Shown: piece by piece, positions 1 through 10,730 of the stretch | Numbering within the stretch: position 1 is the first letter of the stretch | Layout of the letters: each line of letters opens with the position of its first letter | Assembly (NCBI GenBank): GCA_907165135.1 | Contig: OU015566.1 | Coordinates: 7,254,001-7,318,000, forward strand | DNA from: Oikopleura dioica | Lineage: Eukaryota; Animalia; Chordata | Reading direction: 5' to 3' | DNA length: 64,000 nt | The notes under the pieces: model-generated | What the model was told of the DNA's origin: nothing | Database searches by the model: none | Seen by the model: only the letters and a program-made list of their open reading frames with translations | Position numbers and translations under genes: made by a program

Positions 1-2099
1 ATCAGACAGAGGTAGAAGAATATCATCGCCGTCATGTGATTACCTTATTAAGCTTTTCTGCCAATTTATAATTCCTGATTTCCGCTTCTGTTTCCGGTTT
101 CAAAGGCACGACCGGAGCTGCTCGTCCAGTTTGCGGGCAACGAGCTACCATGATGAAGTGGGATTGGACCAAGGGTTGTCCCTTATTCAGGAGTAATTCT
201 TGATTGGTATGAATTTTTTTGTTGAATATTGATCAATCAGGGATTGGATGAAAAATTTCGCTATTCTAAGACCTCTCTGTAGCAAATCAAAAACTCCTTC
301 CCTTATCATTCTCCAATGAGCAAAGGACATCCATCGACGAACGCCCGACCCAAACAACTTCTCCATTGAGCACAAGATCGTCATTTCTGGCGGAATGCTC
401 GAAATATTCAGGAAAAAAGCTGATCTCGTCGACACATGCAGTCACGATTGAAAGTGGAACCTTTCCATCCACGGCCTTTTATGGTGATATAAATAGACAC
501 TTCTATTAATATTTTAGCTTACGAGAATTAATTAATAGCAGGGCTAAATAATTGTAGATATTTTTAATATTAATTTCTACTAAATTCAAGTGCAATCTTA
601 ATTCTCTTTTGAAAAATAAATCTATAAAAATCCTTCTTTTTCATCAAATTAAGATCTCTTTAAAAATATAGATTGCTGAAAGAGAAAGAGAATCACTTTC
701 TCTCTGAGATAAGTGCGACCTGTCTCTTTGAAGAAAACATAAATAATGTCAAGCTTGGTCGAACAGAGCGTTGTAAATAATTATGTCGAACATGAGACGA
801 CTTGCGTATTTCTTTCGACAAATGATAATAAACGAACAAAGGCTTCAAAACGAAAAGATATCACCTGCCAGGGCACTACAGTGTTTGTAAGAGCATGCAA
901 CGGCCAGAGAATCTGAACAAAAAGTCATATTAGAGATCAAAAAAGGGGGTTAATAATTGAGTAACTGCATGCTAATGGGTTAGATAAAATGACTGACATA
1001 AGAACATGCAGAATCTGCATTGGAGACTACAAACTTGCAAACTAAAAATATCGGCTGAAAAAGGCATTCATCTACCCCTAAGAGCGGCCACTAGGCTCAG
1101 TACCCTGTGTTGAAGCCGTAGTCAGGGTCGTGAAAGACTTATGAAAAAAGCCGAAAAATTTGATCTCAAATGAATTACGAAAACCAGGAAGGCTTTAATC
1201 ATAGCTCTTTTCCGACTCTGAGTCAGGTCTTCTACACAGGCTGCGGAGTCTAGCCCCTAACAGCTGATATTCCTCGAGAGTCTCGAGTCGAGACATATCT
1301 ACAACACGACAAAAGGGAAACTTGCCAAAATCTTCCAAAATCCTGCCAGTTCTAATATGCTCATCAGCTAGTCGATATTTCAGTCGTTGAAAGAAATCTC
1401 TATCTGAAAGCGGTATTCTGGCTCTCACTCTCGATTCTTTCGGTGAGAGCGCGCTCATTCTATCTCTATCGAAATTTGCCTGAGGATTGGTTCGTTCTTT
1501 TTTTATGCTTCGCTGGTTATTTATATTGTTTTAACTTGATCTTATTTAATTATTCCCAATAAATCAATCAAAACTTTATTTTGCGCGTTTTGGAACCTTT
1601 ATTGAGGCAAATCGCTCGTCACGGGCAAAGAAGCCCTCATCTGGACCACGCATATTTCTCCGAATTCCCTCCTTTGAAGTGGGTGTTTCATTATTTTTTA
1701 TTATCACCGGGCCAAAGATAAGTTATGTTTATAACTGGCGATGCCCGCCAGGGTATCCAAGTCTTCAAGAACTCGACCAATTCGGACTCCACCAGAATGA
1801 GTTCTATATTTTAATCGCAGCGGGAATGATGGATCGCTTGAAGGAAAATCAAAGGTACTGTAAGGAATTTCAGGAAAAGGTTACCTAAGAGGGACTTTTG
1901 TAGTGAATTTGGAGGCAGATGGAGAAATTGGTTCAGAAACAGCCTCCATATTCGCCGCTGCTGGCTCGCCGATCATATTTTTGATGAGCATGGATCTGGC
2001 ATCGTGAATACTCGCCCACTCACTATTCCTACTTTTTGAAACACCCAACCTTCTCGTCGAAGTTTGAGCGATTATCGAACATATCCTCTTTCGAAACAT
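1..2099 (-). CDS. ACOT9: Acyl-CoA thioesterase 9/10-like (HotDog fold), multi-exon, 3' end runs off the window; contains two homologous N-terminal modules
   Basis: Exons translate to MFRKRICS... (mitochondrial-presequence-like), RLKY...GRVLEDLDTLAGIASYKH (~1705-1837), RLKY...GRILEDF/DSLAVACSYKH (~865-1475), PLSIVTACVDEI...DLVLNGEVVWVGRSSM (302-475) and FIMVARCPQTGRAAPVVPLKPET (46-181); all are ACOT9-family motifs. Confidence 0.85.
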
Positions 2100-2472
2100 T
2101 TGTCTTCAGAAAATTGTTGTTTAGAAATTCACGTAATTATTATTAGTTTATCAAATAGAAATAGGTTTAAACTGAAGATGGAAAATAAAAAGTATTCAAG
2201 TCTTCCGTTATCAGAATTGTGAAGCAAATTTTGAGATTATAAATAGGAATTTCGAACGAGTAACATTTTTGATTATTTTTTGGATTGCTGAAATCAAGGA
2301 AGAGAATAATAGCGAACAGCGGAGGTTTCTTTTTCTATCAAAGAATTTTTATATTTACACGAACAGAACAACAAGAATCTCGAATTGAAGAGATTATGCG
2401 CCAGTTCAAATAATAAAATATTGCACTAAAATGAATCTGATTTCTTGAAATCAAGGAAGAGAAATTCAGGAA

Positions 2473-4013
2473 CTAGCCCAGGGTGACATCGAGGGTCATC
2501 ATGACGCAGAATCCAATCATCACTGCCCAAGATGCTGCTCGGTGATTACCACGGGTCTTGGGAATCATATAGTCACGGATCTATGAGTTATTTTTACCTG
2601 AACTTCAGGAATGATATCATCCATGACAACAAAAACCATCGCGCCAGCGGCGAAGGCCAGAGCATAGGGGAGAATATACGTTGCCTGTAACGAAATCAAA
2701 CAACCAAGAATACCAGCAATCGGCTCAAACATGCCAGATAGTTGCCCCCAGAAAAACGCTTTCCAAGGACTCATGCCCTGCGCCCGGAGTGGCAAGGAAA
2801 CGGCCAAGCCCTCGGGGAAATTCTTAATGAAAAAATGAAGACGAGCAGTCTTGAGTAAATCTACCTGAATCCCAATTCCGATCGCCAAATTCCTTGCGTT
2901 CTGGAAATTGTCTGTAGCAAAGCCGACCCCAACTGCCAGGCCTTCAGGAATATTGTGGATCGTGATGGCGAGTATGAGAAGAGCAATTCTTTTCGTCCGA
3001 TCTTGTCGCTCGTTTTCTCTTTGCTCGATGCTTTTGTTCGTCAGTGGAGCTCTGGAATCAGCTCCATCTGAAAAATAAGCTCGAAAATGAATCTTTTATA
3101 TTCTTAAAATTCCACGCTTGCTTATGTGATCAAAAAATTAACTGAATAACAACTGAATTAAACGAACAAGTAATCCCTCTTGCCATTTTAACCGAGTATG
3201 ATTTTAATCCTTTACGAATACCTTCTGTATCAATAGCGACAACAGTAGCTAAATAGACAGTGAAATTTGAATATTTAAATAAGCAATCAACTGTATTGAA
3301 TCAGTATTGAAATGTTCCACCTTGAACATTTTCGATTTAAAAATGCAAATCAATGAATCAAAGGCCGGTAGAGGTCGGCTCGTATCTAATTTTCATTCTG
3401 CTCTACAAGAGAAATCATGCAAAGATGCTTGTATATAACATAATATCTGATAACGTCGTCTATATAAATCGCTAAATATCTACATGCGAAGGAAAAAATA
3501 ACTGAAGCTAATAACCTTTTTCAGGTTTATTTGTCTGGACGTTTCTTTTTCTTGCCCTTGTTTGAATTTGAGTCCCCTCCTCTGACTGTAACTCACCACT
3601 GAGCGGTAGGTCAGATTGGCTCGAGAACGAACCAGAATCGGAGCCGTCCGCCTTGCTGATCAGAATTTTCACCGTGTCTTGAGGTAGGAATCTGTCAGAC
3701 AAGTAGACGAACGCGCCGCCAAGTAGAAATCCAACAAGACTTGGCACAATTGCGAAATTTCCATATCCCTCACTGAGTTCAATCGCTGGCGCTAGGAGAG
3801 ACCAGTAGGATGCAGCGAGCATTACTCCCGCCGAAAAACCAAGCGCGATGTCGAAGACTATTCGGGAAGCGCCAGGCAAACAGAACACCTGAATGGAAAT
3901 TTAAAGAAGTATTCCTTATTATTACTCACAAGAGCTGAGCCGAGAGCAGTAACGCCCCAAGTGAACAGGGTCCCCAGCGTCGCCTGAACAATCGGACTCG
4001 CCGATTCGATCAT
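2473..4013 (-). CDS. SLC39A11: ZIP-family zinc transporter, ZIP11/GufA subfamily
   Basis: [73 protein letters not shown]-like motif, [19 protein letters not shown]-terminal [13 protein letters not shown]-stop. Confidence 0.93.
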
Positions 4014-4417
4014 CTTTATCACTTTGCAACCTTCTCTTTTCTTTATGTAACGCTTTTTTCTTAATGAAAAAATAGAAAGAGGGAGTTTTAACTTTAAATA
4101 TGAATAGTTTATTGTCAGAAACAATTGTTGTTTTTGGTCTTTGTTGGAACCAGCCGGATACAGATTTTACTTTTGTTGCAGTTAGTCTTTGTTGTTTTCA
4201 ATGATTTTTCTTTTCAAAATTTGAAATAATTAGATTTTTGCTTCGCAGAACTCTAGTTTACTTTTTACTTAACAAAGAGAAGTTTACTTTTGAAATAAGA
4301 AAAAGCTCAATTCTTGACATGTGAATTCGATTTGAAATTGAAATTCTTTGCATGAAGAGTAGAAATAGATAGAAAAATAAACAAAAGAATATTGGGCACT
4401 GAGAAAACTTGAAAATG

Positions 4418-7400
4418 CTAGAGACGGCTCTCTGGGGAGTTGTCTGTCTTCTGAGAATTTTCAGAGGGAGGATTTGTGCTGTCCGTCAGGGTGGAGTCTG
4501 ATGATGGTATGCTCGAGCTTTCTTCGAGATTTCGGGAGGGTTTTGATAAGATGTCCAGAATCTGAAAATAAGTTTATGCAAATTGTAAGACAAATACACC
4601 AAAATGATGAAATTAATTAAAAGCTGTTTTTTGGTTACGAAAAACACCTGAATGGATTCAATCTAGGGCGGGCCAAAAATATGGGGAGTTATTATTTTTG
4701 ACTGGATTTCGCGACAAAAACTAGGCTTTGATTGGCTTTATTTAAATAAGGTAGTTATTCTTTAAAATTTTAAAACTAGGCCAGTAACGAGTCCTAGAAG
4801 TAGAGACAGTTAACAGATGCTGGCATATATGCGGTTTGATACATCATTTTACATCATTTGAAACATTTCATTTCAATTGAAAGGTCGGCAGACGGAAGTG
4901 GCCGCAAATGCTCTAGCATCTGTCTCCTCAGACACTTTTCTCCAAATTTCCGGGCACCTGCAGATACTTCCGTCCATCGATCTTTTAGTGTGTCAACATC
5001 GGTTGGGTAAGGGTCAGTCGTATCTGTCTCTTTAAATCAATTTCTGTGCCCACCCTGGAGTAATTTTGATTAAAAATCACAACAAATCACTAATTACATG
5101 AGTCGCACGAATCATCTGCTCTGATTCTACAGGTTCACTTACAGCCTGTCCAATATCTGTATGTAAGTTCCGCTAGAAATGGCTTAATCCGCACTCTTTC
5201 TTTGAAACATACCTTTGTACAATCTGCTGCACTGTCAGAGGAAATTTCTTCTTTGATGCGCGTGACGAAGAATTCTAACTCGTCGAGCGAAATTTCACCG
5301 TCGCCGTCTTGATCCATCGACCGCAGAATCTTCAAAATTCATGTTTAAAGCTATTCGACTGCGACCAATTATTCTATCAACTAAGCAACCAAAAATGTAA
5401 ATGGTTTAAAAGAAAGTCGTATAAATGTTAATTCTTCAAAAACCGAGAGCAAATAACCTGTTTCTCAATAGAATCGTTTGTTTCAATAAACTTTGCGTTT
5501 AGTTTCAAAATAGACATGATCTTGAAGATTGTTTACGATAAGATGAAATAAAGAAGTTCTCACCTTTCCGATTTTATATTCAGTTACACCTCTAGCAGCG
5601 AGTGCTTTAGATAAAAATTTGGCTTCAACAGCTACATCTCCTGGTTCTGTGCTTATTCTCGCCGCAGTCGATTCTGCTTTGAAGTTGAGTTTTTCTGAAC
5701 CCACTTTATTACCCCAAACAAAACTTCTTTCTTTACCAATTTGTTTGACAATAGCTGGATTGAGCAGTTCTATCCTGTCGTCGTCCAAATCTCTGTCGTT
5801 TTTTTGAACTCCTTCGAGCAGCTCATCTTTCGTCGCAGCCAGGGGTTTGAGAAGACGCTTTGTTTCTTTGATCGATTCCAAAATTGCTTCAACATCAGCA
5901 AGGGAGATTTTCATGCTTGAAACTCGGTCGTAGAGCTTTTTTGCGGTTGAGATTTTCAGCTTCAAAACTCATAAACTTTATGAGACAACATAAGGTCGAT
6001 GTTTATTGATTCTGAACAGTGGTCGGAAATCGGGATTCTAGGCAAAAAGGTATGTCGAATACGATTGATTTAGGCCTTTAAGGGTCTGTCTAAAGAGCCG
6101 AGCATCGAAAAAAGGTCGAAAAAGGGATCAAAATTTGATAATTTTAACCGAAACTTTGAGCGCTCATCATCCACTGGTGCGGTATCGATGAGCTCTGGCG
6201 CTGGATCGACGTTTTCTTCTTCGACTTTGATTTCTTCCTTTCTTTTCGGCTTCTTTTTGTCGATCGACTTTTCCATCGCTGTCGTGAGTTTGGGCAGAGT
6301 CTTGGGCATGTAAAGAATCCTAGTGTAGGCCAGTAACGAGTCCTAGAAGGAGGGATAGATGCACAAATATATGGGGTTTGATATTCTATCCAAAATGAAA
6401 GGTCGGCAGACGGAAGTGGCCGCAAATGCGAGGGAATCTATCTTTTCAGATGCTTTTCTCCATAAATATTTTATCCAAAAATATCCAAAAAAGAAAAGTC
6501 GTACCGTCTTAGCATCTGCGATCGCAGACTGCGGATACTTCCGTCCACCGACCTTAAATTTAAAATTACAGACTTACCGAAATAACGGGATCATGTGCCA
6601 ACTCAAGCCAGTCCAAGTACTGTCTTTCCAGACGCTCGCGAGTCAATCCCGCCGCTCTCATTCCGCGATCTCTGTTGAGGTCCTGAAGATCTTCGACTGG
6701 GATCGCTTTGATGCCGCGTTTCTTGTCTTGAATGATTTCCAACCATTCGATGTCCTGGTACTTCAGCTCGTGCAGACGCTTTCGGAGAACAAGACGGATC
6801 AGCTGAGTTGATTGAGTGAATTCTCCATGGGCGCCGGAAACGCGTTGTTTGACTTGAAAGAGAGGGTTTATTTAAATGAGTTGTTAGTAGAATGCATTTT
6901 TCCTTTTTAGCATTTCCTTAAAGATTAGCCTTCATTTTTACCTAAATCACGCAACTCCTTCGCTTTTGAGAAAATAGAAGTTTGAATATTAACATCTTGA
7001 CTTACCTGGATTAGCTTTGAAAATTTTGCACAATGCATCGAGCGTTTGCCTGTCCATTTGCTCGATCGTCAAATGCTCCTGAAAAATGGGCGCGAATCGT
7101 CGAATATCTTGATTTGTAATCCATCTGTGGCCGTTTCGCACTTCTTTGGTGAACTTCATGAACTCGGTCATTGTCGCGTTGGTTGCTGCTTTTTGCTTCT
7201 TTTGAACTTCGTTAAGGGTCTCGTGTAGGAACGATGCTAGGTCAAGTCTAGCTAAAAAGACGGGGTTTGAATTGGAAGAAAGAAATGAGGAGGCTACCTT
7301 GGGTCTGCTTAATCGTCCGCTGTTCTTTTTGAGAAAGAGTTTCGAAGGAACTCGGCATTGCTGAAGGAAAAATCTTCAAATAAACCTAAGAAAACTTTAA

Positions 7401-8915
7401 TAAGGGCGAACAGAAGACGATCTACCGGAATAAGAAGCTCGGCTCCAGGAATAATGACGAAAATCGAAAACGGGAACATTAAGAATATGTCGGCCAGAGC
7501 TCGTTTCATTCGATTCCTTTCGATGGCCGAGACTTGCTCGCCCTTCATGATTCTTACCGCGATTTTCACTCCGATCTTTTTGGTATCGTTACTACTTCAA
7601 GAGCCAACACAACTTTTTTTCTATGGAAAATATGCCGGGTTAGGCGGATGTAATGTCGAAGTAACTTTTTAATTTTGCCGACAAAATCATTCTAAGGAGT
7701 TCCAAGTTACTTCCAACCGTCTGTTCTAAAGTCACTAGACACCGAACATCTTGACTTTAACATTTATAATGACGTCTTGAGGAAGTAACATCGACATTTG
7801 GACCATACCCGGCATTTTCTTCTATTTTTCATAAATAGGCGTTGGACGTAAAAAAGCGATATTCATCATCCGATCATCGCATGAAGAAGAGAAAGGGCTC
7901 ACTCAAAAGCTCTTGCTAATGGCTTTGATTTGGGCTTGTGAAAATAAAATCGGGCGTCATCTCCCTGTTTGGATTCTTTCAGATAACATTTTTCCAAGGT
8001 TGCGTCCAAAGTCAAATAACTAAAAGATGAAAGAGATGGCCCAACTATTTATTGACCCAAAAGAGAGCCCTTACTAAGACCTCTCGGATGAGGTCGCCCT
8101 CTTCCCCATAAGATAATCCGTGGTCATGGAATCTTACTTCCAAAGCCCATCGGATAGAAAAGTTTCTTAATGATGAAGTAACAATTTCCTTCGAGTTCAG
8201 CCAAAAAAGCTTCAGCGAGCTTCCAAGATGTTTAATTCCGTGGACTATATCGCCTCCAATCTTTTTGAACACTAATCCAGTGAAGATAATTCTCTTTACT
8301 GGGCTTAAAATCATCGGCCAATTCTCGTAGCGAGACATGTCAATATCAGATGTGTAATTGGCGAGGCCTCTCTTCATCTTGCCAGGAATTGGTCGAACGA
8401 GAGGGCCGACTTTCGACCAAAGAGTGATTTTCTTCTGGTCGTTGGGAGGAGAGTGGAGGGCGATGCTTGTGCTGAGTCGACGAGCAGAGAGGGTGGAGCT
8501 TGGTGATAGGGACAAAAGAGATACAGGGCCGCCATTTCGAGACATCTTAACGAGCGAATGATAGACGCGTCGATATGCGATTCTTGGGAGAAAAGATACA
8601 AACCTGTGGAATGCTCGAAGAAAATCCACGAGACGACTCTTCCAAAATATTTTCAAATTGCAAGACAACTCCATCTTTTAGCCTTAAAATCGGCACTTCT
8701 ATCGAGCAGGTTGATCGAGCATTGAACGATGCCGTCTCGTCCGCGCTTTCTAGGTTGCCGCTGTTCTCATTTCCGTAAAAGATCTCCGTAGGAATAACCC
8801 GGGCGAGAGTAATATCCGGTCGTGGTAAAATAGGTAATCTATTAGAGCCAGCTGAGCGAGATTTTCCTCGAGCTCTAGCTGCACTTTTTCTCAAACATCT
8901 TGGAGTCCGAATCAT
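4418..8915 (-). CDS. LETM1: LETM1/Mdm38 mitochondrial inner-membrane protein with EF-hand
   Basis: Basic presequence from ATG 8915 just after an AG; RALADIFLMFPFSIFVIIPGAELLIPV transmembrane motif; RDRGMRAAGLTRERLERQYLDWLEL; ELIDTAPV; EF-hand DQDGDGEISLDEL; last exon 4418-4563. Confidence 0.92.
4881..4984. mobile_element. Second, shorter copy of the same MITE in the last LETM1 intron
   Basis: Shares AAGGTCGGCAGACGGAAGTGGCCGCAAATGC and GATACTTCCGTCCA with 6399-6555. Confidence 0.65.
6399..6555. mobile_element. Small MITE with ~26-bp imperfect TIRs in a LETM1 intron
   Basis: Left AAGGTCGGCAGACGGAAGTGGCCGCA versus the reverse complement of the right end AAGGTCGGTGGACGGAAGTATCCGCA (22 of 26 match). 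Confidence 0.7.
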
Positions 8916-9075
8916 CTGAAGAAAAAAGGGTACAATTATCATGAGGTCAATAATTTCAGTCTAATTATCAGTCAAAAATAAACACGGAAGAAAAAAGGCC
9001 GAAGATACAATATCTTATCCAAGGTCGTTTTCAGGCGTTTTTCATAAATTTAATTCAAAGTCCAATTTCCGGATC

Positions 9076-9933
9076 CTAATCAAATGCTTTTGGCGCTTCT
9101 GTGTCGGCAGGACTAACTGGCTATTTCACGGGTTCTCTTTTGTAAGAATAAAAATGTCTTGAATTTGAGTTTTTTCTGTCTGCTTGGAAAAAACCCGCGT
9201 ACAGAAAGACAACAAGGGTTAGACGAGTTAACACTGATTTTCTTGCGTTCAAAGCCTCGAGGGTTGTTTGAATTCATATTACGTAACTATCTGATCACTA
9301 GAAAAATGCTAAGTAATGAAAATCCGTTGCTTGAGCATTTCAGTTCCAAATCGGTTCATAACCAAAGCGCCTCCCTCAATCAGCGCAAGAAGAAGGGCTC
9401 CGATCGCTCCGGACACCATCGCTACGGGAATGCCCTGTCGAGCGGCCAGGACGAAACCAGTCGTTCCTCCGGCGATTACGCTGTTCATCATATCTTCCCG
9501 ACCTTAAAAATTCATGAAATTAGAAGAAGGCGAATGCGATTTCTATCGGTCGATAAAAAAAATAGTAATTTCGATTCTTCTCGGCTTTCTTAGAAAATAT
9601 ATTCGTTCTTCTCTTGAAGTACAGTCTAACTTACGTCTGATAGCGATCAAGGTACAGTCACACATAGAAAAGCAAAAGCCCCAAGCGGCAAAAGCAGCTC
9701 CAGTTTTAGGCGCATTTTGTCGAACAACACGGCCCATTTTTCGAAACTCTCGCTAAAACCCAAATCAAGGATGAACCGAAACGCCTCAAATTTACCCTCC
9801 AAATGGACTTTCCAGAGTTCCAAACAGTTCCACCGGTCAATCCAAGCGCATAAGCGCCGCCCATATCTTCAACCAGCCGCCAGGGACACGGGTCTCTCGT
9901 GAAATCAGATCTAGTTCCGCCGCCCTGGACCAT
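9076..9933 (-). CDS. TIMM17: Mitochondrial import inner-membrane translocase subunit Tim17 (3' end approximate)
   Basis: [59 protein letters not shown]...LLALIEG; ATG 9933 directly after TTTAGA. The last exon is uncertain. Confidence 0.88.
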
Positions 9934-10730
9934 TCTAAATTTCAGCTTCTTTGAAATTATTTTTCTTAAAATTTTTTTAATAAATTTTACCCATACTAGG
10001 GTTGCGGTTTCTTTCTTTGGTTTTTTCGACTTGTCGATTAAAATCGACAGTAAGTGTAAGTGTGTGACAGTAACTAAGACTGTAAGAGTAAGTGTGATTT
10101 TGCCAGGAAAAAGGGGGAAAGGGTGAAACTGGTACCAGGCGGATATTGAAAGCACTAGAATTAAGGGATAAAAAGGGAAAAAAGGGGGGTAATGCGCGAG
10201 ATAAGGGGTTAACCCCGGCATTTATAGGGATCTATAATGGGGATCGAGCCTCCAGAATTAGCAGGGCTTGGTCCAAAAAACAGGGAAAGCCCCAGAATAA
10301 GGGGTAAAGGAGATTTCAAAGTAGAAAGATAAAATAAGGTGGCTTTATTAGTTTCTGTGCTTATGAATTGGTGCTTCGAAGACCTTATCTTTTTTCAATA
10401 AAATGGGATAAATAAATGCGTCTATTGTTTGAAAAAGAAATATTTTAAAATAAGAATTTTTGAATTAAAAGTAACTGGCAGCAAGAAATATCTTTTACGA
10501 ACATGTATCCATTTTTTGACATTTTCATTATTTTCAAATTTGAAAATGAAAAATAAATTTTCAAATTGGTTTTCAATAATTTTTCTGTAAGATCTTGTTT
10601 TTGATCTTTTTTCTTTTTGTAGCGCAGTGAGAAAAAAGGATGAGAAAGAGAAGAAGAGTTTTTTTTTGTGATTTTTTTTTGGTTTCTTTGAATTTTTCGA
10701 TCGTTTTCCCAGTTTTACTTCAGTTTTTCA

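Noticed and set aside
9706-10330. 171-aa ORF over a G/A-rich tract upstream of TIM17
   Set aside because: Low-complexity read-through into the real TIM17 exon; the G-runs do not form a clear quadruplex pattern.
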